A DNA stretch of 64,000 nucleotides, from the NCBI GenBank assembly GCA_016181045.1, contig JACPAB010000002.1, positions 61,126 to 125,125 of the forward strand. Direction: 5' to 3'. Position numbers and translations under genes: made by a program. This document shows positions 1 to 9,420 of the stretch, one piece after another (the first letter of the stretch is position 1; every line of letters begins with the position of its first letter). The notes beneath the pieces were generated by a model. The model did no database searches, was not told where the DNA came from, and saw nothing but the letters and a program-made list of their open reading frames with translations. The DNA comes from Candidatus Yanofskybacteria bacterium (GTDB lineage Bacteria; Patescibacteriota; Minisyncoccia; 2-02-FULL-40-12; GWA2-44-9).

Positions 1-251
1 ATGCCGTAGACATCGACTCCGTCGTTTAAATTTTTAAACTTTAAACTTTCCAAGGCCTTTTCTATTAACGACTTTTTGGTGACGAAATACTCGGCAGAAC
101 CCCGAAGGGAGTTCTTCAACTCCCTCATCTGGGCGACCGACAAACCTTTTTCACCAACCCTTGAAAAGGTGGTAAAGACAGAGATCGTCGCTTTCTCAAG
201 TTCCTTTTTGAGCTTCTTCAGATCCTGGCTCTTTTGTGATTTTGACTTCAT
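1..251 (-). CDS. rplJ: ribosomal protein L10, N-terminal part (gene runs off the window start)
   Basis: Reverse-strand translation from the ATG at 249-251 gives MKSKSQKSQDLKKLKKELEKATISVFTTFSRVGEKGLSVAQMRELKNSLRGSAEYFVTKKSLIEKALE, a typical L10 N-terminus. The supplied + ORF 76..378 is its shadow. Confidence 0.6.
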   Translation of the reverse strand, partial: MKSKSQKSQDLKKLKKELEKATISVFTTFSRVGEKGLSVAQMRELKNSLRGSAEYFVTKKSLIEKALESLKFKNLNDGVDVYG

Positions 252-406
252 TGTGTTTTATAAACAAAAAATCTGCGCTACCGCAGATCGACCAGAGTTA
301 AAGCCGCAAATAAGGGCTTGTCACCTCGAGGCAATTGGTGCCTTGTCTACGGTAATACGTAAATATGTTAGCAGGTAATACTGAGCGAGTCAACTGTTAA
401 CGAATT

Positions 407-2290
407 CTATTGAATTTTCCAAAATCTGCCATCTGATGTGGAGAAGTAAATAGTTTCGTCTGCGTCCACCCCGCTCTTGCCGGCAAGGGCGGGGTCCAGA
501 TACGCTTCGATCATCGGTTCATTTGAGCCGATCTTTATTGTTTTAACCAACGAGCCGTTTTCTTTACTGAACGTATAGACCCTGTTCAAATCCTTGTTTA
601 TCAGGTAAAGATTTTTGGAGTCCTTGGTCGTGGCAAAGACGCTGATATCGCCCGAAAGAAGGGAGGTGTTATATTCTCCGGTCTTTTCGCCCCTGTAGTA
701 AACAGCCAGGATCCCGGATCTGCTCAAGACGTATATTTTGCCGTCCACCGCTATGTAGCGCGATCCCGGAGGCAAGGTGCCTGATTTGAGCCACGAGGCA
801 GTTTCTTTTTTCCCGGTTTTGTTAATATCAGAAACCTTGAATAGATTATCGGCGGTCAGAACGTAAAGATTGTTCTCGTATATATCGAATGCCACAGGAC
901 CGATTATGTTATATTCGTTCGATTGCAATTTCTGGGCCTCGGTCTGATACAAAGATAATCTTTGTAAAACACTGTTGGGCAAACTCTCAACCAGGGCGGG
1001 TGTAACTTCGTTGGCTTGGTCGATGCCGTCGAGCACTTCAAGCAGTTCGGCCTTGGTCTGTTCCGTCTTATCCGACGAAACAGGAGCGGCAGCTAAAGAA
1101 GATAAAGAGTCGCCCAAAAGCCGCCTGGCTCCCAAGATATCGTTTTGACTTATCTTGGTCCTGGCAAGCTTGAGGGATTCTTGAGCCGCTTCGACGGCAG
1201 TGATGGCTTGTCTTTCACTCGGACTCAAAATGAACAGTGATTTTACAATCAAGGCGGAGGCGACGATCACTCCAAGCAGGGTAACGAAGAGAACCACCCG
1301 ATTCTTAAGCCGGGGCATGAACGGCCTGATTTTGTTGAAGACCAATTGTACGGGATTTTGTTTTTTGCCTAAAGAAAATTCGGACCGGATGATGCGCGGC
1401 ATATCAACCTCGGAAAGTTCGGTTTTTTCTTCTGTTATTGCTGGCTGTTTTTTCAAGGTAAGTTTGACTTTGGGCGTCTCTGCTTCCTGTTCCTGTTGTT
1501 CCGGCAAGATTTCGGGCTCAGGTACTGGAGTAGGAACTACCTTATGTTTTACAGCTACTGTCGGTCCTTTGCTCTTTGCGAGGCCTATGTATAAAGCGGC
1601 GCAGGAAAAATCGGGCCTCTCGTGCTTTATAGAGTTTATCTTTTCCAAAAGCTGGTCGCCGGTTAGTTTCAATAGGTACTCCTTAAAGTATTTTTCTCTT
1701 ACGGTCATAAGCCGCCCCGGGTAATAGGCGAATATCTTGTCTCCCGCCGCGACCTTGCCGGATACGACATGGGAAAATTCTTTTTCCTGGACGCGTTCTT
1801 TCGTGAAAAGATCGATATTGTTCAGAATATCTATGTTTTTGTCTTCGCGGGAAAGGATTATCTTGAACTTGCCGAGCTTGGAAATGTTTATCTGTTCTCC
1901 GGCGATTGCGAAGATGCCGATGTTTATCTTGATATCTTTATTCGTGAAAAATTCTCCGACAACGTCATTTACTTTTTTCAGGGCAAGAGAAAACGCCTCT
2001 TTCGGGGCCAGATCCGGATCGGCATAGTACTCTCTCTTTGCTAGAGAGGCGACGAGATTGGTTACATATGCGACGTCATTTTCGCTCGTCTTTTCTCCCT
2101 CTGCCGGCATTTGAACCCCGCTCTTGCTGGCAAGAGCGGGGTGGACGTTTCCAACAAGATAAAGATTGCCGAGTTTTCTTTTGGCTTCGTCCGATTCGTA
2201 GTCATACGCAAAAAGGTCGAGGTGCCCTTCTTTGCCCGTGTCTTTGTGCAGTACTTCCCGGCAGGTTGGTTTGAGATAAATTCTTTCCAT
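407..2290 (-). CDS. hypothetical bitopic membrane protein: cytoplasmic N-domain, one central TM helix, large extracytoplasmic C-domain
   Basis: 627-aa ORF with one hydrophobic helix (VVLFVTLLGVIVASALIV). No recognisable catalytic motif. Carries GC-rich hairpins in frame near both ends. Confidence 0.5.
   Translation of the reverse strand: MERIYLKPTCREVLHKDTGKEGHLDLFAYDYESDEAKRKLGNLYLVGNVHPALASKSGVQMPAEGEKTSENDVAYVTNLVASLAKREYYADPDLAPKEAFSLALKKVNDVVGEFFTNKDIKINIGIFAIAGEQINISKLGKFKIILSREDKNIDILNNIDLFTKERVQEKEFSHVVSGKVAAGDKIFAYYPGRLMTVREKYFKEYLLKLTGDQLLEKINSIKHERPDFSCAALYIGLAKSKGPTVAVKHKVVPTPVPEPEILPEQQEQEAETPKVKLTLKKQPAITEEKTELSEVDMPRIIRSEFSLGKKQNPVQLVFNKIRPFMPRLKNRVVLFVTLLGVIVASALIVKSLFILSPSERQAITAVEAAQESLKLARTKISQNDILGARRLLGDSLSSLAAAPVSSDKTEQTKAELLEVLDGIDQANEVTPALVESLPNSVLQRLSLYQTEAQKLQSNEYNIIGPVAFDIYENNLYVLTADNLFKVSDINKTGKKETASWLKSGTLPPGSRYIAVDGKIYVLSRSGILAVYYRGEKTGEYNTSLLSGDISVFATTKDSKNLYLINKDLNRVYTFSKENGSLVKTIKIGSNEPMIEAYLDPALAGKSGVDADETIYFSTSDGRFWKIQ
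469..494. repeat. GC-rich 26-bp hairpin CCCCGCTCTTGCC|GGCAAGGGCGGGG in frame in CDS 407..2290 (encodes PALAGKSGVD)
   Basis: Near-perfect palindrome with a single G.U-compatible mismatch. Confidence 0.55.
2116..2141. repeat. second copy of the GC-rich hairpin (CCCCGCTCTTGC-TG-GCAAGAGCGGGG) in the same CDS (encodes HPALASKSGV)
   Basis: 12-bp perfect stem. Local GC is far above the surrounding sequence. Confidence 0.55.
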
Positions 2291-2365
2291 TCGCTGAGTG
2301 TGTTGAAAAATAGATAATATTTCGATACACTATTATGCATCAATTGTAGTTCATAATCTTTATCT

Positions 2366-2965
2366 GTGTCAATGAATAAGTCGCGCAACATTTTGGATAT
2401 ATTGTTCGGGTCTAAAATAAGGGTCAAGGTCCTGAAGTTTTTGTTCAGGAATTACCCCAACGATTTTTCTACTTCCGAGTCGGCGAAGAGGATACGAGAG
2501 CGCCTTTCCGCCATTAGAAAAGAAATACGGCTTCTCAATCAGATAAAACTTATAAAGAAGAACGGCGCGCAAAGATACGCGCTTAACCCAAATTTCGAAT
2601 TCTTCGGCGAACTCAAGGAACTGATAATGAAGTCATCCCCGGCCGAAAAAAACCGCCTGGTTCAGCGTATTTATAAGTTGGGCCGGATAAAATTAGCGGT
2701 TTTGTCGGGAATATTTTTGACCAACGGCAAATCGGCTACCGGAAACGATAGTTCCGTGGTCGACCTGTTTATTGTCGGTGACGAGATAAGCAAGGAAAGG
2801 TTGCGGTCCTTTCTCAAGGCGCTTGAAGCCGAAGTGGGTAGGGAAGTCCGCCTCTCGATAATGGACAAAGAGGAATTCGAATACCGCTACGGAATGTTCG
2901 ACCGCTTTGTTCGCGTCATGTTGGAAAGCCCCCATGAAAAAATCATAAATAAGTTAGGTCTCTAA
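2366..2965 (+). CDS. hypothetical protein, N-terminal wHTH-like region plus minimal nucleotidyltransferase-like motif
   Basis: 199-aa ORF. The GKSATGNDSSVVDLFIVGDE segment resembles the GS..D.D nucleotidyltransferase motif. Confidence 0.35.
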   Translation: MSMNKSRNILDILFGSKIRVKVLKFLFRNYPNDFSTSESAKRIRERLSAIRKEIRLLNQIKLIKKNGAQRYALNPNFEFFGELKELIMKSSPAEKNRLVQRIYKLGRIKLAVLSGIFLTNGKSATGNDSSVVDLFIVGDEISKERLRSFLKALEAEVGREVRLSIMDKEEFEYRYGMFDRFVRVMLESPHEKIINKLGL

Positions 2966-3103
2966 AACAATTACCAATTACCAATTGCCATTTCCCATTT
3001 CCCAATAATTTATCATTTAATCATTGAATCATTTTCTGAAATGATAAATGAAACAACGTTAATTTAATGGAAATTGGAAAATGATAAATGGAAAATTATC
3101 AAT

Positions 3104-3175
3104 GGGCGGTTAGCTCAGCGGTAGAGCACTGCATTCACATTGCAGGGGTCATAGGTTCAAATCCTATACCGCCCA
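3104..3175 (+). tRNA. tRNA-Val (anticodon CAC)
   Basis: 72-nt cloverleaf: acceptor GGGCGGT/ACCGCCC, anticodon stem CTGCA/TGCAG with loop TTCACAT, T-arm ATAGG-TTCAAAT-CCTAT, discriminator A. CCA is not encoded. Confidence 0.8.
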
Positions 3176-3270
3176 CAGAGTTCCCCAGGAGTGGGCGATG
3201 CCCCACTCCGAGAACCACTTACTTTATTGACTGAATACACTCTTTTTTATAACATCTTCCCATCTGCTCA

Positions 3271-3960
3271 TTGAAAAGGATGGTCATGATATTCACTCTG
3301 ACCGGTGCCTCCGGCGCCGGAAAGTCCACCATTGGAGAATTATTGAGGAAACGCTTTGGTGATATTCTGAAGCCGGTGATAAGTGTTACCACCAGAGAAC
3401 CGAGAGACGCTGACCCTTCCGGAGAGTATGCCTACGTTTCGGTGGAAGAATTCCAGAAGATGAAATGTGCCGGAGAATTCATTTGGGACGCTTGTCCTCA
3501 TAGGACGGATTATTATGGAACACTTTTCCGGTCTCTTGAAGAAACAAATAATGAACCAAACACAATTTTTCTGATGGTGCTGGAGCCGGATAGCGTCGGA
3601 ACGCTTCATCTGAAGGGAAAAAAGATGGACCTGAAAATTCATTCATTCTATATCGTTTCCCCTTCTTTAGAGGACCTTCACTGGAGATTGGTGAACAGAG
3701 CGAGACAAGAAAGAGAAAAGAAGATGAGGAAGATGAGGGCCGATGGCGTACCGGAACCGGAGATCTGGTTGTGGCTCAAGGATAAAGCGGTAAAAGACAG
3801 AGTTGCCCTGAAGGGAAGGATCCAAGATTGTCTGAAATGGGACGACCGGGCATTGAGGTCGAAAATTCCCTACGTTTTTGTCAGAAATAACATGGCTGAT
3901 CTTGGCCAGGAAGCCGCAGCAACAGTAGCTGCAGAGATAGTTGAAAGGATGTCGGCCTAA
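3271..3960 (+). CDS. gmk: guanylate kinase-like P-loop kinase
   Basis: P-loop GASGAGKST and the TTREPR...GEYAYVSVEEF...YYGT motifs typical of Gmk. The C-terminal extension is atypical. Confidence 0.5.
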   Translation: MKRMVMIFTLTGASGAGKSTIGELLRKRFGDILKPVISVTTREPRDADPSGEYAYVSVEEFQKMKCAGEFIWDACPHRTDYYGTLFRSLEETNNEPNTIFLMVLEPDSVGTLHLKGKKMDLKIHSFYIVSPSLEDLHWRLVNRARQEREKKMRKMRADGVPEPEIWLWLKDKAVKDRVALKGRIQDCLKWDDRALRSKIPYVFVRNNMADLGQEAAATVAAEIVERMSA

Positions 3961-4040
3961 ATGGCCGACTTTTGATTTTCAGGCACCCCGAGATATCCAC
4001 ATTGCCTAACTTTTAACTCGGGTATATAGTTATCCAGTAA

Positions 4041-4070
4041 GTGGTGAATTGTGGATAGAAGTGTTAATAA
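4041..4070 (+). promoter_or_regulatory. MraZ-box-like direct repeats (GTGGT, GTGGA, GTGTT at 10-bp spacing) upstream of mraZ
   Basis: Three GTGG(T/A)-type pentamers at 4041, 4051 and 4061, about 90 bp upstream of the mraZ start. This matches the known MraZ operator architecture. Confidence 0.4.
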
Positions 4071-4152
4071 CTTAACAAATCTGTGGATATCTTGATTAGT
4101 TATTAGTAATTAGCCAATAGAAATTAGGCTAAGTCCTAATGGCTAAGTCCTA

Positions 4153-4593
4153 ATGGCTATGTTGATAGGCGAATATAAGCACAATCTGGACCCCAAGAAA
4201 CGGCTCGCAATCCCGTCGAAATTCAGGAAAGAGCTCGGGGACGGAGCGGTTCTAACCAAAGGTCTTGATGGCTGTTTGTTCATTTTTCCTTCGAAGAACT
4301 GGGCGCCGTTCGCGGAAATGCTCGGAGGACTATCCATAGGTAAGCAGGATACGAGGTCATTTGCGCGCTTATTCCTGTCCGGAGCGGTGGAGGTGGAATT
4401 CGATTCACTGGGCAGAATATTGATACCGGACAACTTGAAAGAATTTGCGAGTTTGAATAAAGAAGTGGTGATAGCCGGATTGTTTAACCGCCTCGAGATA
4501 TGGGACGAAAAGAAGTGGGGCGCGTATAAAGAAAATTTAGAAAAAAATTCCGATAAGATCGCCGAGAAATTAGGGGAACTGGGATTAATTTAA
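4153..4593 (+). CDS. mraZ: transcriptional regulator MraZ
   Basis: Duplicated MraZ motifs (LDPKKRLAIPSKFR and FDSLGRILIPDNL). First gene of the dcw cluster. Confidence 0.8.
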   Translation: MAMLIGEYKHNLDPKKRLAIPSKFRKELGDGAVLTKGLDGCLFIFPSKNWAPFAEMLGGLSIGKQDTRSFARLFLSGAVEVEFDSLGRILIPDNLKEFASLNKEVVIAGLFNRLEIWDEKKWGAYKENLEKNSDKIAEKLGELGLI

Positions 4594-4694
4594 CAATTAC
4601 CAGTTACCATTTGCCAATGATTTGCCATTTAATCATTGAATCATTTTCAGAAAATGGATAAATGAAACAATGTTAATTCAATGAAAATTGGAAA

Positions 4695-5651
4695 ATGATA
4701 AATGGAAATTATGTCGCAATTCACAAACCGGTTCTTGTAAAAGAAATTATAGAATATCTGGCCATAAAACCGGGAGCGAAGATAATAGACGCAACGATCA
4801 ACGGCGGGGGACACACATCAGCACTTCTTCAAAAATATCCGGACATAAAAATCTTGGGCATTGAATGGGATCCTAAAATTTTTGAAGAAGCGGTTAAAAA
4901 GTTAAAAAGTTTAAAAGTTGAAGACAGAGTTATTTTGGTAAATGACAGTTATGTAAATTTAAAAAATATAGTTGAGAAGCACGACTTTCATCCCGATGGA
5001 ATATTGTTCGACCTTGGATTGTCAGCCTGGCACTACGAGAAAAGCGGCCGGGGATTCTCTTTCAAAAGAAATGAGATCCTGGACATGAGATTCAACCCTT
5101 CGACCCATTCGACAAAGCCTCAGGGTGGTGAGCTCGTCGAATCCACAAGCTCAGGGCAAGTCCCGGCAGCTGAAATAGTTAATACCTATAACCGTGAGGA
5201 CTTGGAGGCGATATTCAAGGAATATGGGGAAGAGCAGTTTTATTCACGAATAGCCGATGCGATCATCCGGGCCAGAAAGCTGAAGCCGATCATCAAGACA
5301 TGGGAGCTGGTGAAAGTCATCGGAGAGGCGGTCCCCGAATGGTATAAGCACAAAAAGATTCACTTTGCGACCAAGACGTTCCAGGCATTGCGCATCGCGG
5401 TCAATCACGAACTTGAAAATGTCGAAAAGGGGATGCGGGAGGCGATAGAAGTTCTGGGGCCCGGCGGGCGGCTGGTGGTCATATCCTTCCAGGGCCTGGA
5501 AGATAAAATAGTGAAGAATATGTTTCGGGAGAAAGTCAAAGAGGACAAAGTAAAATTCGTAGTCAAGGGAACCATAAGGCCTTCCTGGGAAGAAACAAAA
5601 ACGAACGTAAGAGCCAGGTCGGCCAAAATGAAGGTTGTGGAGAAAGTTTAA
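4695..5651 (+). CDS. rsmH: 16S rRNA (cytosine1402-N4)-methyltransferase RsmH (MraW)
   Basis: HKPVL...IDATINGGGHT motif, with the conserved synteny after mraZ. Confidence 0.85.
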   Translation: MINGNYVAIHKPVLVKEIIEYLAIKPGAKIIDATINGGGHTSALLQKYPDIKILGIEWDPKIFEEAVKKLKSLKVEDRVILVNDSYVNLKNIVEKHDFHPDGILFDLGLSAWHYEKSGRGFSFKRNEILDMRFNPSTHSTKPQGGELVESTSSGQVPAAEIVNTYNREDLEAIFKEYGEEQFYSRIADAIIRARKLKPIIKTWELVKVIGEAVPEWYKHKKIHFATKTFQALRIAVNHELENVEKGMREAIEVLGPGGRLVVISFQGLEDKIVKNMFREKVKEDKVKFVVKGTIRPSWEETKTNVRARSAKMKVVEKV

Positions 5652-5668
5652 ATGTTTAAAAGTTTAAA

Positions 5669-6031
5669 ATGACGAATACACAGATACGGCCCATAAATCC
5701 CGAACGAAGCCGCGAGGGCTCGCAGCGCGCCTCTGTTTCGTACGGGATAAATCCAATACTTGTATCGAATGTGATCCTGCTCGGGATCTTCGGTTTGCTT
5801 TTGTCTTTTTATATTATCCAGGCCAATATGATAGCGGCCGATAAATACCGAGTTAATGTTCTCAACGAGAAACTTACTTCACTGAACGAGGTCCGGACGT
5901 CTTTAGCCGCGCAAAGGTCGGAGACAGAAGACCCCTCCGAGCTTATGGAGTTCGCCCGGGCCAAAGGCATGGTCGAGGCCAAGAACGTCATCTATATTTT
6001 TGAGAACGGCAACGTCGCCCTTAAACCGTGA
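5669..6031 (+). CDS. ftsL: cell division protein FtsL-like (small bitopic membrane protein)
   Basis: 120 aa with a single TM helix and a coiled-coil tail. Positioned between rsmH and ftsI. Confidence 0.45.
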   Translation: MTNTQIRPINPERSREGSQRASVSYGINPILVSNVILLGIFGLLLSFYIIQANMIAADKYRVNVLNEKLTSLNEVRTSLAAQRSETEDPSELMEFARAKGMVEAKNVIYIFENGNVALKP

Positions 6032-6041
6032 AACCTAAAAC

Positions 6042-7727
6042 GTGAAACGTGAAAACCAAACTTTTCGGATAAACATATTTTTTATTTGCGTGTTGATGAT
6101 ATCGGGGCTGGTTTTATACCGGCTTTTTGTTTTGTCTTATGTCCGGCATAGCGCTTATTCCCGGACGGCGCTGGCCCAGAGAGAGAACATAAACAACGTA
6201 TTGGCGCGGGGGAACATTTACCTTAAAGACGCTCTGTCAGGGGATCTCTTTCTGGCCGCAACCAACAGGAAGTTCCCGTTGGCATATGTTGTTCCTTCCA
6301 AGGTGGATTGGGCCGATAATACCGGAACTATCGAGAGGGCGGCTTCTGTCCTTGAGATAGAAGCGGCTTCGATAACCAAGGCCGTTTCGGGTAAGCAGGA
6401 TGTTTCTAAGGTTCTAAAAAGACGCCTAACGGCGGAAGATGTTGATAAGATAAAAAACCTCAATCTCAAAGGCCTGGGAATATCTTATGAGATGGACAGG
6501 TTCTACCCCGGCCAGCGACTGGCATCGAATACCATCGGTTTTCTCGGATATGACCAGGAAGGCCGTTCGGGCCAATATGGCATAGAGGCCTATTACGATG
6601 ACGAACTTTTTGGGTCGAAAATGCCGGGGGCATTTTCGAATAGGCACTTAAATTCGGAAGATTTCCCCAGACCATCCGATATCGTTCTGACGCTCGACAA
6701 GAATATCCAGGACTTCATCGAGGACCGTTTGGATAATTTGATAAAAACCTGGAATGCCGAGGGAGGCAGCATTATCGTCCAGGACCCGCAAACGGGAAAG
6801 ATCCTTGCCATGGCTGACAAGCCCAGTTTTGACCCCAACGATTACAGTGATTCTCCTTTAAGCCATTTTTTAAACAGGAGCATCCAGGGGGTTTTCGAAC
6901 CGGGCTCTTCTTTTAAGCCCATTACTATGGCGATGGGTTTGGACCTGGCAAAAGTCACGCCGCAGACCACCTTTACCGATACCGGCTTTGTGGAAATTTC
7001 CGGCTACAAAATCAATAACTTCAGCGAAAAAGTGTTCGGAACGCAGACAATGTCGCAGGTCTTGGAGAGGTCCATCAATACCGGAGCAATGTTCGTTCAG
7101 GGTCTGGTCGGTGACGATAACTTTCTGAATTACATTATCAATATGGGTTTTGGGCAGAAAACCGGGGTTGATCTGCCGGGTGAGGTTGGCGGCGATATAA
7201 CCAATCTTTACAGTCGCAGGAAGATCAACTATCTGACGGCATCTTTCGGGCAAGGTATAGCCGTTACTCCTCTTCAGCTGATAAATGCCTACTCGGCTAT
7301 AGCCAATGGCGGGAAATTGATGAGGCCTTATGTGGTTGAAAAGATTATTAAGGAAGGCGGTGTGGAAGAAGTTGCCAAGCCGGAAGTGATAAGCATTCCC
7401 ATATCGGAAAAAACCTCGGCCAAGCTCAAGTCAATGTTGGTAAGCGTCGTAGATAACGGGTTTGATAAGGCCCGGATAAAGGGCTACGATATAGCCGGAA
7501 AAACGGGCACCGCCCAGATACCCGACGGCCGAGGCGGATATTCCGAAAATGAGTATATCCATGATTTTCTTGGTTTCGCTCCGGCATTCGACCCCAAGTT
7601 CGTCATTCTCATAAAAATGGACAAGCCGAAAGGAATCACTTTTGCCGCTGACAGCTTGTCTCCGACTTTCAGGGAGCTCGCCCAATTTTTGATCAATTAT
7701 TTTAAAATACCGCCGACAAGACGATGA
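6042..7727 (+). CDS. ftsI: penicillin-binding protein (FtsI/PBP2-type transpeptidase)
   Basis: N-terminal TM segment; SxxK (GSSFKP) and KTGT motifs; dcw synteny. GTG start. Confidence 0.8.
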   Translation: MKRENQTFRINIFFICVLMISGLVLYRLFVLSYVRHSAYSRTALAQRENINNVLARGNIYLKDALSGDLFLAATNRKFPLAYVVPSKVDWADNTGTIERAASVLEIEAASITKAVSGKQDVSKVLKRRLTAEDVDKIKNLNLKGLGISYEMDRFYPGQRLASNTIGFLGYDQEGRSGQYGIEAYYDDELFGSKMPGAFSNRHLNSEDFPRPSDIVLTLDKNIQDFIEDRLDNLIKTWNAEGGSIIVQDPQTGKILAMADKPSFDPNDYSDSPLSHFLNRSIQGVFEPGSSFKPITMAMGLDLAKVTPQTTFTDTGFVEISGYKINNFSEKVFGTQTMSQVLERSINTGAMFVQGLVGDDNFLNYIINMGFGQKTGVDLPGEVGGDITNLYSRRKINYLTASFGQGIAVTPLQLINAYSAIANGGKLMRPYVVEKIIKEGGVEEVAKPEVISIPISEKTSAKLKSMLVSVVDNGFDKARIKGYDIAGKTGTAQIPDGRGGYSENEYIHDFLGFAPAFDPKFVILIKMDKPKGITFAADSLSPTFRELAQFLINYFKIPPTRR

Positions 7728-7847
7728 TTTATCATTTATCATTTTCCAATTTCCATTTATTTTACTATTTATCCATTTTTCAATTGTTAAATGGTTAAAT
7801 GAACTAAATGAATGGCAAATGGTTAGTGGCTAAATGACAAATAATTT

Positions 7848-9149
7848 ATGAAGGAACTATTTAAAAAAATCATTGTATGGAAACTTAATCTTATCGCTAA
7901 GCTTTACCTGTGGCGTTTTAAGCCGGTGATAATTGCAATTACCGGGAATGTCGGTAAAACGTCGACCAAAGAGGCGATCGCGGCGGTTTTGAGCAGTAAA
8001 AAAAGGGTTCGTTCGGGAAAGGGAAATCTGAACAACGAATTCGGCGTGCCGTTGGTGATTGTCGGCAGTTGGATGGATGATTACTACGAAGGCGGCAATA
8101 CTTTGTGGTTTTGGGCAAAGGTTCTGTTTCTCTCGTTTTTTGGCTGGTTCTTTGTCAGAAACTATCCCGAGATATTGGTTCTGGAATATGGCGCGGATAA
8201 GCCGGGAGACATCAAAAAGTTAGCGCGCAAATACAAACCCCACGTTTCCGTGGTCACTGCTGTGGGCGAAATTCCCGTTCATGTGGAATTTTTTTCCGGT
8301 CCTGAAGAGTTAGCCGGAGAAAAAAGCGAGTTAGTTGAAGTTCTGGATCCGACCAATTTCGCCGTTTTGAATTTTGATGACCTTGCCGTTTTGGAAATGA
8401 AAAACAAAACCGGGGCAAAAGTTTATACATATGGATTTGGGGAAGGGGCGATGGTCAAGGCCTCGAATTTGAACGTCCGGACGGACGAGCATGGTTTTCC
8501 GGTGGGTTTGGGGTTGAAGATACAGCAGGGAGAAAGTTTCGTTCCGGTCAGGATAGACGGTTCATTGGGCAAATCCCAGGGATATGCGGCAGCAGCGGCT
8601 GCTGCCACAGGACTGATTTTGGGGATGAACTTAGTTCAAATAAGCGAGGCCTTATCGGAATACAAAGGACCAAAGGGCCGGCTTAAGATCCTCAAGGGCA
8701 TAAAAAATTCGGTTATTATAGACGACACATATAATGCCTCTCCGGCCTCGATGCATTTGGCTATCGAAACCATCGCCGGTTTGAGCGGTCCGAGAAAAAT
8801 TGTTGTTTTGGGAGATATGCTCGAGCTGGGCCGATACACCATCGAAGCGCATGAAGAAGCGGGAAACTTTTTAAAAAATGACTTTGATATATTGGTGACG
8901 GTCGGCTCAAGGGCGAAGTTCATAGCCGAATCGGCAGCCAACCAAATGTCAATGGAAAATATTCACAAATTTGAAACATCGGATGAAGCCAAAGCCAAGA
9001 TCAAGGAACTGATAAAAGAAGGGGACATAATTTTAGTTAAGGGCTCCCAGGGAATGAGAATGGAAAAGATAGTCGAGGAAATTATGGCCGAACCGGAAAA
9101 AAAGAAAGAATTGTTGGTCCGTCAATCCAAAAAATGGTTGGCGAAATAA
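7848..9149 (+). CDS. murF: UDP-N-acetylmuramoyl-tripeptide--D-alanyl-D-alanine ligase
   Basis: Mur ligase motifs ITGNVGKTSTKE, DDTYNASPASM and KGSQGMRMEKI. Confidence 0.65.
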   Translation: MKELFKKIIVWKLNLIAKLYLWRFKPVIIAITGNVGKTSTKEAIAAVLSSKKRVRSGKGNLNNEFGVPLVIVGSWMDDYYEGGNTLWFWAKVLFLSFFGWFFVRNYPEILVLEYGADKPGDIKKLARKYKPHVSVVTAVGEIPVHVEFFSGPEELAGEKSELVEVLDPTNFAVLNFDDLAVLEMKNKTGAKVYTYGFGEGAMVKASNLNVRTDEHGFPVGLGLKIQQGESFVPVRIDGSLGKSQGYAAAAAAATGLILGMNLVQISEALSEYKGPKGRLKILKGIKNSVIIDDTYNASPASMHLAIETIAGLSGPRKIVVLGDMLELGRYTIEAHEEAGNFLKNDFDILVTVGSRAKFIAESAANQMSMENIHKFETSDEAKAKIKELIKEGDIILVKGSQGMRMEKIVEEIMAEPEKKKELLVRQSKKWLAK

Positions 9150-9195
9150 CAAAACCCCCGATGTTCTGGGGGCTTTACGGTGGAAAGTCGGCGGG

Positions 9196-9420
9196 TTACT
9201 GGCCCGCCGATTCTTCGCCGAATCTGACGGCTTCGTCAATGGCCGTAGGGCATGGTCGGACGACGAATGTCCAGACCATACGAACTATGACCGACGCGAG
9301 CGCCAACACGCCTACACCGATCAACACTTCGGCCGTCGCGGAAAACGACGTTTCCACGACGTACCCGATGCCAGCGCCAAGCGCGCCGGCGGCTACGAAG
9401 AACAAAGTCAGGTACCACAT
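9196..9420 (-). CDS. small hydrophobic membrane protein (74 aa) in a GC-rich islet
   Basis: Two predicted TM helices; GC about 58% against a ~40% background. The start abuts the stop of the upstream 51-aa ORF. Confidence 0.4.
   Translation of the reverse strand: MWYLTLFFVAAGALGAGIGYVVETSFSATAEVLIGVGVLALASVIVRMVWTFVVRPCPTAIDEAVRFGEESAGQ

Noticed and set aside
76-378. 100-aa plus-strand ORF from the track
   Set aside because: It is the shadow of the minus-strand rplJ N-terminus (clear L10 sequence on the opposite strand), and its translation is low-complexity.
1200-2317. Several 68-174-aa plus-strand ORFs inside gene 407..2290
   Set aside because: They are antisense to a long, well-behaved minus-strand ORF. 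Their compositions (Ser/Cys/Gly-rich) are typical of shadow frames.
6028-6055. Triple GTGAAAC repeat at the ftsL stop / ftsI GTG start
   Set aside because: Probably just the overlapping stop/start context (CCG-TGA and GTG-AAA-CGT-GAA-AAC). There is no frameshift or slippery-site evidence.
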